A DNA stretch of 64,000 nt from a virus (IMGVR_UViG_3300049988_000245:96001-160000); one strand, 5' to 3'. Counted from the stretch's first letter, positions 27,290 to 37,229 are shown. Made by a program: numbers and translations. Notes: generated by a model from the sequence alone, not told the origin.

Positions 27290-27588
27290 AGCCAGCGCAT
27301 CTTGAACGCGAACAGATATTCGGGCTTGCTGAATCCGATTGGCCAAAGGTCGCCATAGTTCTCGTAGATCGCCCATTCCGGATCGAGTTCGTCGCACCAC
27401 GCCGCCATCTCATTAGTAAAGCCGCGAGTATAGTTATAGTCGATCCGACAATCTTCCGGGTACTTGACCCGGAAGTCATACAGGAATTGATTGCAATAGG
27501 CCGCATACATGGCACAGGCGTAATGCTCGTTCCGATCCAGACCTTCCATGCAATAGTATACGTCAGGGGAAAGACGTTTGAGCCTCAT
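27286..27588 (-). CDS. FKMRW-family small protein (singleton)
   Basis: AWCDEL..FSKPEYLFAFKMRWL. Confidence 0.75.
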   Translation of the reverse strand: MRLKRLSPDVYYCMEGLDRNEHYACAMYAAYCNQFLYDFRVKYPEDCRIDYNYTRGFTNEMAAWCDELDPEWAIYENYGDLWPIGFSKPEYLFAFKMRWL

Positions 27589-28271
27589 GCGGCGGCCTTT
27601 AGATACGCGTCAACGCGGTTCAAGAACGAGTCCATGTGTTTGTCGAATTCCAACCCCTCAAGGACGAATTCCTTGTAGTCGAGTTCGCGCGAAACCATGA
27701 AGATCACACCTCGTTTGATGTCAGTCCCGTACACCTCGTTGTGAGCGAGCGAGTACGCGCACATCTGATCGAAATAGTCCACGATCATGTCGCGGGTGCG
27801 CATCTTCTTCGCCGTCTTGTGATCCATGATCGACGGAATGCCCTCGTGGACGCCGACGAGATCGGTCATGCCCCCGTAGAGGCCGGGGAAGTACATCGCA
27901 ACTTCCTGGCCCCAGACCTCGTCCACCTTGGGTAGGCCCTTGGTGATGATCTGGTCGGCCATCCTGGCGGCCTGGATACGCACGAGGTTGTTCCCGCCCG
28001 GCCGGGGAATCCCCATGACGTAGTTCTCGATATGCGTGTGCATGAGCGTACCGAGACCGGTCGCTTCCTTGCGCACCCTGTCGGCTTTCTCCTTACCGAC
28101 CCGCTCCTCCCAAAGCTTGATCTGGGTCTTGTCTGAGGTACCCGATAGGATCGTCGTCACGCTCGGGAGCGGTGTTCCATCGGTCGGGTCCATATAGAAC
28201 CGCGTACCGTCCTCATGGGTGATTCGGGAAATCTCCGGGTATTCGAAAAGACGATTCAGTTTAACCGACAT
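27585..28271 (-). CDS. Cas4-like PD-(D/E)XK exonuclease
   Basis: LPSVTTIL, GTLMH, DLVG..DHKT, DYFDQ..AY..AHNE.YG motifs. Confidence 0.85.
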   Translation of the reverse strand: MSVKLNRLFEYPEISRITHEDGTRFYMDPTDGTPLPSVTTILSGTSDKTQIKLWEERVGKEKADRVRKEATGLGTLMHTHIENYVMGIPRPGGNNLVRIQAARMADQIITKGLPKVDEVWGQEVAMYFPGLYGGMTDLVGVHEGIPSIMDHKTAKKMRTRDMIVDYFDQMCAYSLAHNEVYGTDIKRGVIFMVSRELDYKEFVLEGLEFDKHMDSFLNRVDAYLKAAA

Positions 28272-28344
28272 TTGAAATGCTTTGCCAAAATCAAGAAGGA
28301 TTTTAGCCTAACAAATCACGCAGTTAATGGTCATAAATATCTAC

Positions 28345-28572
28345 ATGGATACGATCAAGCACTACATCGGAAGGAATTGGTTCGAGCATAAGGAAGCCCT
28401 GGCGAAGCACGCGCACGCCAAGGGGTTGAGCACGAATCTCAAGGTCTACGGTGATCTGATCGAGGGTACGAACAAGCCGCTGAAGGATTTCGCGGATATC
28501 TGCACGGACGATCAGCGACTGACCATCACGATCTGCCCCAAGGGTCAGATTCTCAAGATCAAGATCGGCTAA
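28345..28572 (+). CDS. hypothetical protein
   Basis: TAAATA-N5-ATG start. Confidence 0.55.
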   Translation: MDTIKHYIGRNWFEHKEALAKHAHAKGLSTNLKVYGDLIEGTNKPLKDFADICTDDQRLTITICPKGQILKIKIG

Positions 28573-28695
28573 CGAACCACGGCGGTTGTTGGGTCGATTC
28601 GACCGGACCTCGCAAACTCTTCGACCTGATCACCCAAGATTCCCGATACGGGGTCGTACGATAGAACTTCGACCAAGCGCTCACGAGTGAGGGTG

Positions 28696-28902
28696 TTATT
28701 CCTTCTCTTCAAAGCGGTCCCAATCCTGCATCGCCTCGGGAAGCTCAGCCTCAAGCTCAGCCGACCACGGCTCGGGCTCGTCGCCCCAATTCCGGATGAT
28801 GTAGTTCTCACGAGTGAACGGGATGGAGTCGCGCTTCATCCCATAGAGCACCGGATCGGACTCGATCTCTTCCTGCGAGAAGTGAATGACCTTGTCCGAC
28901 AT
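28696..28902 (-). CDS. acidic hypothetical protein
   Basis: TGATG coupling to upstream gene. Confidence 0.55.
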   Translation of the reverse strand: MSDKVIHFSQEEIESDPVLYGMKRDSIPFTRENYIIRNWGDEPEPWSAELEAELPEAMQDWDRFEEKE

Positions 28903-30233
28903 CAGATATCCCTCTTCTTTGCCCAATCGGGTGTCTCAATACCACCGGAGATGTCGTGTATTTGGTTGCGAACCTCGTCGCCACTAACCTTCCCGTCTTG
29001 ATAAGAATGCCATAGACTCTTGATCGTATCAAGATGCTTGGCCTTTCCATTGCCATTACCGTTAAAAAGTCCCTTCGCGGCTTCCCAGGTAATCGACTGC
29101 ATCTCGCGCGGCAGGATGTTACGCTCCTTCGCGGCGCGGCGGTAGGCATCCGCATAGAGCGGGTACGTCCCGTGGACGCCCGTGATGATCGAGCCCTTTG
29201 CCGGGGTGAACGGGGCGCCACCCTGGGCGGTCGCCGGGAGGGTGTTCTTGAAGTTGTGTGCGACCTCGGTGGTGTTGCCACCGAGGGGGTGCAGAAGGCC
29301 AGCGGCGACCGCGTGCGTGTCAATGGTCACGTCGCCGTGGTGGCCGTTGGGATCGACGATGTTGTTGTAGAAGTTTCGAACCTTGTGACGCTCACCCATG
29401 AGGCGAGAAATCTTGTCGATATCCGAATTCGCTTCGATCGCACCGATGGCCTTGCTGATCTCCGCAACGGAGCCCCAGCGGAGCTTGGCGTGCTGGTCCG
29501 CGTTGTTCGCACCCGCCCCGTAGGCGTCACCGTTCGTGTAGGTGCGTCCCAGGCGGCCCTCAGGCTCCACCATGGGATAGTAGCTCGGATTGTGAGCCTC
29601 GTCGTACGTGCGAATCCAGGCGGCCTTGTGATCGATGTCCACGAGCTTTTCCAGCGGTAGGCCACGGATGGCCTCATGGATCGGCTTGTTCCGATCGTTG
29701 TGCCAGATACGAAGGGCGGTCTCTTCCATTTCCGGAGTCCACGGGGCGTCGCGACGGTTCAGATAGGCGTCGAGCACGCGGTCGCCGATAGAGGCGTTCT
29801 CGTGCCATGTCTTCTGCGGACTAAGCGCCGCGTAGACTGCCGCGACCGCCGCATGGGGGAGGCCGTACTCGTCCGCACGATCCTTGGTCAGCTTGTTCGC
29901 GCCGTCGTACCAAAGACGGGCACGGGCGCGCTGATCTTCCGGCATCTTGTCGTGAAGGAACAGGAGGTTGTCCTTGACGTGGTCGATGAACTTATTCGCC
30001 ACACGCTCGGACTTGCCCCGGCGATCGTTATGCGGGAGCGCCGCGTACTTTTTCACCAAGCCGATGTTGTGGTCGAACGACTTCGGATCAGCCTTGGCCG
30101 AATCCAAGTCCACAGTCAGATCATGACGGATGTCATCGACCTTCTTCGAGGTCGGCATACGGGTGGAGATTCGATTAGGATTCTGGGTGACCGCTTCGAT
30201 CAACCCTTCGATCAGCTTAATAAAATTGCGCAT
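28902..30233 (-). CDS. 443-aa protein with WY..A / AALSPQ..W..N / IDTH motifs (DUF7178-like)
   Basis: Motif recognition; MRNFIKLIE N-terminus. Confidence 0.55.
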   Translation of the reverse strand: MRNFIKLIEGLIEAVTQNPNRISTRMPTSKKVDDIRHDLTVDLDSAKADPKSFDHNIGLVKKYAALPHNDRRGKSERVANKFIDHVKDNLLFLHDKMPEDQRARARLWYDGANKLTKDRADEYGLPHAAVAAVYAALSPQKTWHENASIGDRVLDAYLNRRDAPWTPEMEETALRIWHNDRNKPIHEAIRGLPLEKLVDIDHKAAWIRTYDEAHNPSYYPMVEPEGRLGRTYTNGDAYGAGANNADQHAKLRWGSVAEISKAIGAIEANSDIDKISRLMGERHKVRNFYNNIVDPNGHHGDVTIDTHAVAAGLLHPLGGNTTEVAHNFKNTLPATAQGGAPFTPAKGSIITGVHGTYPLYADAYRRAAKERNILPREMQSITWEAAKGLFNGNGNGKAKHLDTIKSLWHSYQDGKVSGDEVRNQIHDISGGIETPDWAKKRDI

Positions 30234-30835
30234 TACTTAGCCGCGAGAATCGTAAGAGTGGGGGCTTCGAACCGAACGACAAAGTAGGGCGCAAGAGCCT
30301 GATTGAGGCGTGCCCACTGTTCCGGCGTGACCTTATTGATCGGGCTGCGCTGGTCGATCTCACGAGAGAACGAGCGATCCTGCTCCAGGGCACGGGCCAG
30401 CTTGTTCATACCGGATTCGTGAATGTTCAGAGACGAGCAGAGGTTGTCAAAGGCCGCTTCCATACCCTGATCAGTACCATCGAAGGCGAGTTCATTAACG
30501 ACTTGCTCGCGCACCTGGGGAGCTTCAGCGTGCTCAACCCAATACTGATACTCTTTGATGTAGTGGGACTGCTTCACGTCGTTGTGGTCAAGGATATTGT
30601 GACCACCCGGATTTGCATGGTTCGCAACCAGATCAGCGTCAGCTTCTTCGTAGCTCTTGAATGGGCCGTAGCAATCGACCTCTTCATCGCGCCAGTTGTA
30701 CTTTTCCTCGTCGCTAGTAAACCGCTCGAACGCGTAATACCACTGACCGGGCTTCCACTCGATGAATTCGCATTCCGCGCCAGTGCTTTCTTGAAGCTTA
30801 GCGGATTCGTTGATGATGTTCATGTAATCGCGCAT
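30233..30835 (-). CDS. hypothetical (candidate internal head) protein
   Basis: MRDYMNIINE N-terminus; TAAATA upstream. Confidence 0.5.
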   Translation of the reverse strand: MRDYMNIINESAKLQESTGAECEFIEWKPGQWYYAFERFTSDEEKYNWRDEEVDCYGPFKSYEEADADLVANHANPGGHNILDHNDVKQSHYIKEYQYWVEHAEAPQVREQVVNELAFDGTDQGMEAAFDNLCSSLNIHESGMNKLARALEQDRSFSREIDQRSPINKVTPEQWARLNQALAPYFVVRFEAPTLTILAAK

Positions 30836-30860
30836 GATAGAAACCCACAATCTAATGGGT

Positions 30861-31454
30861 TTATTTATCACTAAACGGTATATCGCTTCCGGAGTATGGA
30901 TCGGATATTACGATCGTCGTATCGCGATACATGAAGTTTCCCTCATGGAGATCAAGATGAGAGCCAGCAGGTTTGGCCCTTAGCAGATTTTCGATTGATT
31001 CCATCAGACTCTCAAGATGAAACTTCGCATTATTAGAATTGAAGATGTCAATCTCCGCCTGAACCATAGGCACACCATAGAAACGACGCTGAATATGATC
31101 GACTTGGTCGTGGAGCCTCATATATCGGTATTGCTGGTCAGACATCTCGCGGAGAACTTCAATCCGAACCATCGCGCCGTATCCGGGCAGGCGTATGACC
31201 TTCCCGATGATCTTAGGCATATGCGGGTCTTGGCGATTCTTGATTGCATAGTTGAGGAATTGCTCGTAAAAAGGGTCCTTGAACACCTTCAAGACGTATC
31301 GAGAATCGAATGAGGGGTGATCGAATACCGCACCATACGATCCTGATCCGAGATAGTCGAACCCGCGATCTTCCAGATAATCCACAACGTCCTGCACCTT
31401 TTTAAAGGTGGCGGCGACGTGTGAGCGAACGCCCTGTAGCTCGTCCAGACGCAT
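30861..31454 (-). CDS. protein kinase-like protein
   Basis: LGSGSYGAVF glycine loop, VLK lysine, DLHEGNFM catalytic loop, ISDP metal-binding site. Confidence 0.8.
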   Translation of the reverse strand: MRLDELQGVRSHVAATFKKVQDVVDYLEDRGFDYLGSGSYGAVFDHPSFDSRYVLKVFKDPFYEQFLNYAIKNRQDPHMPKIIGKVIRLPGYGAMVRIEVLREMSDQQYRYMRLHDQVDHIQRRFYGVPMVQAEIDIFNSNNAKFHLESLMESIENLLRAKPAGSHLDLHEGNFMYRDTTIVISDPYSGSDIPFSDK

Positions 31455-31879
31455 TAGAACGGGCCTGCGTCCCCAGGAGCGGCATCGGCGCCAACAACGC
31501 CATTCTGCTTCTTCATGTTCGTCTTGGCCTGCGAGACGGCCATGCTGGAGACCTTCTTGGCGTTCTTCTCAGCCTCGGCTTCGCCATTCGCGTTGTCGCC
31601 TTCACCTTCACCCGGATTGTTCAGGGCAAAATACACACGATCGCCTTCAATCTTGGTAATCATCTTGACCTCGGCCGGGTCGAGTACATGCATGACCAGG
31701 GCACGGTCCACGGACACGCCAGATTCAAGTTCTCCCATCTTATCGACGATCGCCTGAATCGACACATATGGGACACCCTGGGCCGCGAGCGGCATCAGCA
31801 TGTCCAGCATGGAGTCGCGTAGTTCCTGAACGACACTGCCGCCCTCCGGCTTTTGTTCAAAGATTTCGAGTAGCAGCAT
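31454..31879 (-). CDS. hypothetical head-associated protein
   Basis: In head-gene cluster; ends KKVSSMA..AK pattern. Confidence 0.5.
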   Translation of the reverse strand: MLLLEIFEQKPEGGSVVQELRDSMLDMLMPLAAQGVPYVSIQAIVDKMGELESGVSVDRALVMHVLDPAEVKMITKIEGDRVYFALNNPGEGEGDNANGEAEAEKNAKKVSSMAVSQAKTNMKKQNGVVGADAAPGDAGPF

Positions 31880-31891
31880 CGTTCTGGGTCC

Positions 31892-32344
31892 TTACTTGAT
31901 CTTGTTCGGGTCGAGGGCGCCTGTCTGCATAAGCTGAGCAGTAACCAGATCGGTCATAACGGGCGAATCAGACGTCTTCGCCCCGACCGTACCAGCCAGA
32001 GCCTTTACGCGATTCGCCATCGCAGCCTTGTTGCCAAGGTTGGGATCGGTCTTCATCTTATCAGCGAGCTTGGCCGCCTGACCCATCATCTGCGAGGAGA
32101 TGGGCTTGGAGGGCGTCTGCGTACCGGTCTGGCCGGGCTTGGCCGTGCTCGTGATGCCGGGGGCTCCGTTGGTGGAGTTCGGCTGTGTTTGACCGCCAGC
32201 AGGCGTCGGAGGAACCGGAGCGACCGTATCCTCGTCAACCTCTTTGCGATCGAAGAGACGGCCAACGATGCTGGCCGAACCCTTCTTCTTCGGGGCGGAA
32301 TCGCCCGCACACGCCTTGTCTGCGTGGCGGGACGTTATTTTCCC
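31892..32344 (-). CDS. -1 frameshift extension of upstream scaffold-like protein
   Basis: Open -1 frame from slippery G GGA AAA; no own ATG until late in the frame. Confidence 0.7.
   Translation of the reverse strand, partial: GKITSRHADKACAGDSAPKKKGSASIVGRLFDRKEVDEDTVAPVPPTPAGGQTQPNSTNGAPGITSTAKPGQTGTQTPSKPISSQMMGQAAKLADKMKTDPNLGNKAAMANRVKALAGTVGAKTSDSPVMTDLVTAQLMQTGALDPNKIK
32304..32344 (-). other. programmed -1 ribosomal frameshift element
   Basis: GGGAAAA heptamer, 6-nt spacer TAACGT, hairpin CCCGCCACGC-AGACAAG-GCGTG(T)GCGGG. Confidence 0.75.
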
Positions 32345-33252
32345 GGCGCAGACTCCCGAACGATCTCGACAACATCGGAGAAGTCGATGCCAAAGTGGCG
32401 AGCGATGGTCTTCGCGGCCGGGACCGGCTTGGCACCCTCGCGGATCGCACGACGGAACATCTTCAGGATACGAGCGTCGGACTCGGAGACTTCGTCCTTC
32501 TTGGCGAACGGATTCTCGTCCTTGTCGCAATCCTTGTCCTCATCCTCACAATCGTCCTTCTTCTCGGACTTGTCGGCATCCTTGGGAGCGAACGGGTTCA
32601 CACCCTTCTTGCCCTTGACGAACTCGCCTTCCTTGATGGCCTTGCCACGCGGAGCGGCGGATTCCTTCTTAGCGCGGCCAGCGGCGGTTGACGCGTCGGC
32701 GCCGAAGGCGTCGTCCAGACCAGCGTCCGCATCAACCACACCCGCCTCAGGCGCCACAGGGGCGCCCATCTCGGGAGCGATGGCCGGAGACGCCGCGTCC
32801 ATGCCGCCCATGTCGGGAGCCGGAGCCGCAGCAGCCGGGTCACCCATGGCGGACATATCGTTGCCGGGGGTCTCGCCGTTCATGATGCCTTCGAACTTGC
32901 CGACCTCGGAAGAGATCGCGTCCTTGGCCTGGGAGACCGCCATAACGGTGGCGTTGATCTTCTCGGAAACGATCGACTGGAACTGCTCGGCCATCTGCGG
33001 ACCGAAGGCCGCCTTCAGGGGCTCCATGATCGGCATGATCTCATCGCCGTTCACCTTGGCAAGGTCTTCGGCAATCTTCTGGAGCTTGTCCACGATGGAC
33101 TTCGCGGCGAGGACAACCTCAGCCTTCTCAAGCTCGGACTCGATGAGGAAGGCTAGACCAGTCTTCGACTGAGCTTCCTTCAGGTTCTTAAGCTGCGCCT
33201 GAAGAGCATTCTTTCGACGCATCATCTCAGCCAGTTTGGTCTTCTTGCTCAT
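32335..33252 (-). CDS. prohead scaffold/core-like protein
   Basis: LIESELEKAEVVLAAK..DKLQK coiled coil, acidic Ala/Pro/Gly linker, KKGVNPFA motif. Confidence 0.6.
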   Translation of the reverse strand: MSKKTKLAEMMRRKNALQAQLKNLKEAQSKTGLAFLIESELEKAEVVLAAKSIVDKLQKIAEDLAKVNGDEIMPIMEPLKAAFGPQMAEQFQSIVSEKINATVMAVSQAKDAISSEVGKFEGIMNGETPGNDMSAMGDPAAAAPAPDMGGMDAASPAIAPEMGAPVAPEAGVVDADAGLDDAFGADASTAAGRAKKESAAPRGKAIKEGEFVKGKKGVNPFAPKDADKSEKKDDCEDEDKDCDKDENPFAKKDEVSESDARILKMFRRAIREGAKPVPAAKTIARHFGIDFSDVVEIVRESAPGK

Positions 33253-33266
33253 AATAACTCCTTGAA

Positions 33267-33533
33267 TTATTTGCGTTTACGGATGCGCTTTGGCGCGATT
33301 TCTTTAAGCAGCAGGTGGACTGCTTCACTGATCAGGACTGCTTTGGCGTAGTCGGGGTTGCGCATCGAATCGGCTTCCCCCAAAGTGGCCAAGAACACTT
33401 TTCGCTTAGACTCGTAGAGATTCCGAACATCTACCAGATGTTCAAACGTACCGAACTCCACTCGAACGCCGAATCGACTTTCAAGCAGAGTATTAATCGG
33501 TTCGATTTTCTTGAGGATGGCCCTCTCGTTCAT
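33267..33533 (-). CDS. hypothetical head-assembly protein
   Basis: INTLLESRFG motif; TAAATA upstream at 33563-33568. Confidence 0.5.
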   Translation of the reverse strand: MNERAILKKIEPINTLLESRFGVRVEFGTFEHLVDVRNLYESKRKVFLATLGEADSMRNPDYAKAVLISEAVHLLLKEIAPKRIRKRK

Positions 33534-33596
33534 AAGCTTCCCCGGATCATGCGATACAATGGTATTTATTAAACCGCGAGAAGCCTGGGGACGGGC

Positions 33597-33962
33597 TCAA
33601 ATATTGTACTTATCTTGGTCAGGATCGGTCATCTTAAGGAGTAGGCAGAAATTCGCCCACTCGTTCATCAGGGTTGGATTCTGAAGAATCGTCTCCTGCA
33701 TAGTTTTGTAGAAATTTGCGTACGGCTCGATGTCCATGATTCGATCTTGCAGACCACGAATGATCTGGTTGTTATCCTGGGTGATCGTCTGCACAATCCC
33801 TTCTAGAGAGACGATGTGATTGCAGAGCCGGTTGATTTTCTCTGCGTCGGAAAGCTCAACCTGCGCGATTTGCTCGTCTAACGAGCGTAGATCGCGCATC
33901 TGAATCTTTCCATCGGGGAGTCTCTTGAAGTAGTAACTCCCCTGCATTGGGTTGTCGGGCAT
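33597..33962 (-). CDS. hypothetical coiled-coil protein
   Basis: TGATG coupling to upstream gene. Confidence 0.55.
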   Translation of the reverse strand: MPDNPMQGSYYFKRLPDGKIQMRDLRSLDEQIAQVELSDAEKINRLCNHIVSLEGIVQTITQDNNQIIRGLQDRIMDIEPYANFYKTMQETILQNPTLMNEWANFCLLLKMTDPDQDKYNI

Positions 33963-34594
33963 CAGCGGCGGATACCCGCGAGACGCAGGATTTCTTCGTG
34001 TGCAGATGTCGCCTCGCCCTGGGCACGGTCGAAACGATCCTCGGCCACGAGAGCCCGGCGGGTCTCGCCCTTGGCGTGCAGATTCTGCGAGCGGGCCTTG
34101 TAGGAGACCGCATCGTTGCGAGCACGGGCGAAGTTTTCTTCCAGCACCATCAGGTCGCGGATCGGCTTGTCATTGATCGCCACGCCCTCGTTGAGACGAC
34201 GGACCAGACCGAGTGCCGCCTCGTACAGGTACAGCCCACGGGCGATGACAACCTCACCATCCTCAGAGCACACATCGTAGGTCTTCACCTGACCTTCGTT
34301 GACGACGATCTCCCACGCACCAATGCGGGCACCGCGCGGGGTTGGCTCCGTGATCAGGGCCTCTTCCACCTCAGCGTCACGCGGCTGGACCGACTCGTTT
34401 ACCACCGGGGCGGCGCCGTTCATGGCCAAGAGAATCTTCTTCATCGCCTCGATGCCAGGATCACCCATCAGGGCCGGGGACGGCTGCTGACCAGATTCCA
34501 TCAGATCATCGGCCTCCGCCGCCGCTATGGACTTCCCGTTCAGGGCGTTCATGATTTTCGCCATATCGTCGATGGCTTTACGATCAACACTCAT
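33962..34594 (-). CDS. conserved jumbo-phage hypothetical protein
   Basis: M..IL, LYLYEAA..LV..LN.G pattern. Confidence 0.55.
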   Translation of the reverse strand: MSVDRKAIDDMAKIMNALNGKSIAAAEADDLMESGQQPSPALMGDPGIEAMKKILLAMNGAAPVVNESVQPRDAEVEEALITEPTPRGARIGAWEIVVNEGQVKTYDVCSEDGEVVIARGLYLYEAALGLVRRLNEGVAINDKPIRDLMVLEENFARARNDAVSYKARSQNLHAKGETRRALVAEDRFDRAQGEATSAHEEILRLAGIRR

Positions 34595-34595
34595 T

Positions 34596-34823
34596 TCAAA
34601 ACCTCCAAAGATCGGCACAATCGTTTACAGTATAGAATTCACCCTCATCGTCTTGGTCGCGGTTGAGGAGTCCACGGGAAACCATCTGACGCGCAACTTC
34701 ACCGTCGCGCTCCTCCAGTTCCTCAAAACGAATACGCTTCGATTCGGTGGCCCGGTTAATCAAGGTCTGTTCTTCCTCGTTCACCGGGAGCCGCATTCCG
34801 CTGGAAATTTCATAAAAACGCAT
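34596..34823 (-). CDS. hypothetical protein
   Basis: MRFYEI N-terminus; TAAATA upstream. Confidence 0.55.
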   Translation of the reverse strand: MRFYEISSGMRLPVNEEEQTLINRATESKRIRFEELEERDGEVARQMVSRGLLNRDQDDEGEFYTVNDCADLWRF

Positions 34824-34845
34824 CGTAGTACCTTAGCTGAAATGA

Positions 34846-35316
34846 TTATTTAGAATCAGCCGCTTCTAAGGTGTCGATGTGAGCCATCATGAATTCGTAG
34901 AGGACAGCATTAAGCTCAACGTCCCGCTCACAGTAGGGAACCATCTCAGGATGAAAATTGTCGAAACCCTTATCGTACTTGATTTTCGGAAATTCGAAAA
35001 TTTCACCCCAGGTTTCTAGCCGATGATTAGGCATTTGCTTGAAGAGCTTACGGCTCAGTTCCACGGTATCGATGATCTTGGATTCGTCCAACTTGATCAA
35101 TCCATCGGTAAGATTCTCGATGACTTTTGCGTCGTACGATTTGAAGTTGTGTCCAATAATAATATCAGCTTCCGCTAGACGCATAAGCCCTTCTGGAACT
35201 TCGTCGTCCCCAACGTATGATTTGTACTCGCCGGTCTCCATATCTTTGATTCCAACAACGTAAATCTTGGTCGGTTTAAGTCCATTTGTCTCAAGATCGC
35301 CGACGAGTATACTCAT
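34846..35316 (-). CDS. stand-alone 3'-5' exonuclease (DEDDy, T7 gp5 exo-like)
   Basis: GDLETNG, IGHN...YD, IDT..LSR, YCERDV. Confidence 0.88.
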   Translation of the reverse strand: MSILVGDLETNGLKPTKIYVVGIKDMETGEYKSYVGDDEVPEGLMRLAEADIIIGHNFKSYDAKVIENLTDGLIKLDESKIIDTVELSRKLFKQMPNHRLETWGEIFEFPKIKYDKGFDNFHPEMVPYCERDVELNAVLYEFMMAHIDTLEAADSK

Positions 35317-35386
35317 TTTAAACCTAAAAAAATATGATTCTATAATGGAACTCTGCCAAATAGAATAAGTCAAAGCTATATAAAAA

Positions 35387-35953
35387 TTATGGTAGACCAG
35401 CGGGTCTTAAGCTGCCTGCACGAAAATCAAAACGAACTTCGATTCTAGTCACATTATTGCGAGCGTTGTACTGAAACGCCGAAAAAACCCAGATCGTGGA
35501 TGACACCGGGGTGGGACTGACAATTCTCTGCCGGGTAGGGGATTTTTCACCCGCAATAACCAATGTATTTCTTCTGCTGTCATAGTAGAAGAGCGAGATT
35601 TCACCATTAGTTGCTGCGCTAGGCGGCCTAAAAAACTCACCATCCGCGAATACGGTATACAAAGATACAGGCGTGTCAAATACAAGGTAGTAAAGAGGGG
35701 CGACCGTGTTTTGGTCGATAGGGTAACTTGGACGTTGAATATTCAGATAGTAAAGAGAATCATCTACTTTCTGAATCTGGTATGGAATGTTTATATAGAA
35801 ATCAAAACCTTTGCCCGCAAATTCGGGATAGTTTAAGTCTGCCTCTCTCGGCTTTTCAGGAGCGTATCTTCCAAACCTTAGAGAAAAAAGTTCTTTTTTT
35901 ACGGCTTTGAATTTCACACAACCGTCAACGTTAACCAGACCTCCGATATCCAT
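35387..35953 (-). CDS. hypothetical protein (AT-rich)
   Basis: 188 aa ORF with lower GC than flanks. Confidence 0.5.
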   Translation of the reverse strand: MDIGGLVNVDGCVKFKAVKKELFSLRFGRYAPEKPREADLNYPEFAGKGFDFYINIPYQIQKVDDSLYYLNIQRPSYPIDQNTVAPLYYLVFDTPVSLYTVFADGEFFRPPSAATNGEISLFYYDSRRNTLVIAGEKSPTRQRIVSPTPVSSTIWVFSAFQYNARNNVTRIEVRFDFRAGSLRPAGLP

Positions 35954-36513
35954 AATTTATTCCCCATAATAAAAAAGTATTTATTTCTAGTTGCAATTCA
36001 TCTCCATGCCCATCTTGAACTGTCGCCCTTGCATTTCTCTCGATTGAGTGTATCTTACGAGAATCAACTCATGGAGAACACCGATGGCCAAGACGCTCAA
36101 GAGCTTCCTCGTTCAGCACAACGACCCGAACGCTGAGGCGATCGCCAAGCGTCTCCGCGTGTTCGCAAAGGAAGCCAAGGTTGCGTTTGCCGCCCAGGTG
36201 GTGACGGTGAATCAAGCGGAGAACCGCACTGGTCATCTGATCAGCCTGAATGCGTCCACCATGACCAGCGGGCGCAAGCTCAAGGACTTTGCGCGTAAGA
36301 TCGATTGGAAGTACCACTACTGATGGATCATCCGCTTTCCCATGTGAAGCTCTACTATGGGCTCAAGCTGGTTGATCAGTTTATGCGAGATGGAAATCCG
36401 TCTAAGGCGGTTGCTACGCTGACGATCATCCGGGATATGTACGGATTCGACCATGCCCAGGCGATCATCGCGTTCTGGGCTTTTCAGGAACCGATTTTGA
36501 AGAGGCCATTGCA

Positions 36514-36984
36514 GTGAGAAATACACCCGAGAACAAGCGCACGATCGACGCGATCCTGTACCGGATACTCGCCGACCAAGTCCTCGAAGTGATGGAGTCG
36601 AACGACTTCGGCAAGGACCGCGATCTCTGCCTGGAGATTCTGAACCTTCACTCCGGACAGGAGTGGAAGAAGATGCAGAACTTCAAGGGCACGATCGTGC
36701 TGGAGACGTGGGGACCGAACGCGCCCGGAAACCCCGTGGGTGAGATTCCCAATTTCACCGCGTCCATGAAGGAAACTCTTGGGCTGTTCCGTAGCGGTAT
36801 CACGTCGCATTTGCGTCCGGTGATGCGGCAGTACCCGGACGAGCAGTGGTGCGTAACGTTCGACTTCGGCACGCCTATGCTGAACGCCCCCAGGGTGTAC
36901 GGGGAAGACCCGATCTCAACCCTGTTGATCTGCGGGCTTCTGTCGGCCGCATTCCTGCTCGATCCGAACAAGGCGGCGCTGTGA
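36514..36984 (+). CDS. phage ABA-sandwich-like protein
   Basis: IPNFTAS...L.L..W..G..P...LL..LL.A pattern, similar to 62905-63231. Confidence 0.45.
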   Translation: MRNTPENKRTIDAILYRILADQVLEVMESNDFGKDRDLCLEILNLHSGQEWKKMQNFKGTIVLETWGPNAPGNPVGEIPNFTASMKETLGLFRSGITSHLRPVMRQYPDEQWCVTFDFGTPMLNAPRVYGEDPISTLLICGLLSAAFLLDPNKAAL

Positions 36985-37229
36985 GCGATTACGATGATCT
37001 GGAACGCCAATACCCGTTCCCGCACGTCGTCGAGATTCGCGACTTCTCTAACAAGCGTGAGGCCAAGCTCTGGTGCATCCAGCGCTTTGGAAAGAACATC
37101 CGCCTGCGTGATACGAATGACGTGATGTGGATGTCCACCACCACGATGTGGCAGAGCGCCTTGGGGGCGAGTACATACCGGTTTCGCAATCCCGATCACG
37201 CGTTCGAGTTCAAGATGAGGTGGGGATGA
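36981..37229 (+). CDS. FKMRW-family small protein
   Basis: YPFPH..WCIQRFG..FRNPDHAFEFKMRWG; GTGA overlap. Confidence 0.8.
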   Translation: MSDYDDLERQYPFPHVVEIRDFSNKREAKLWCIQRFGKNIRLRDTNDVMWMSTTTMWQSALGASTYRFRNPDHAFEFKMRWG

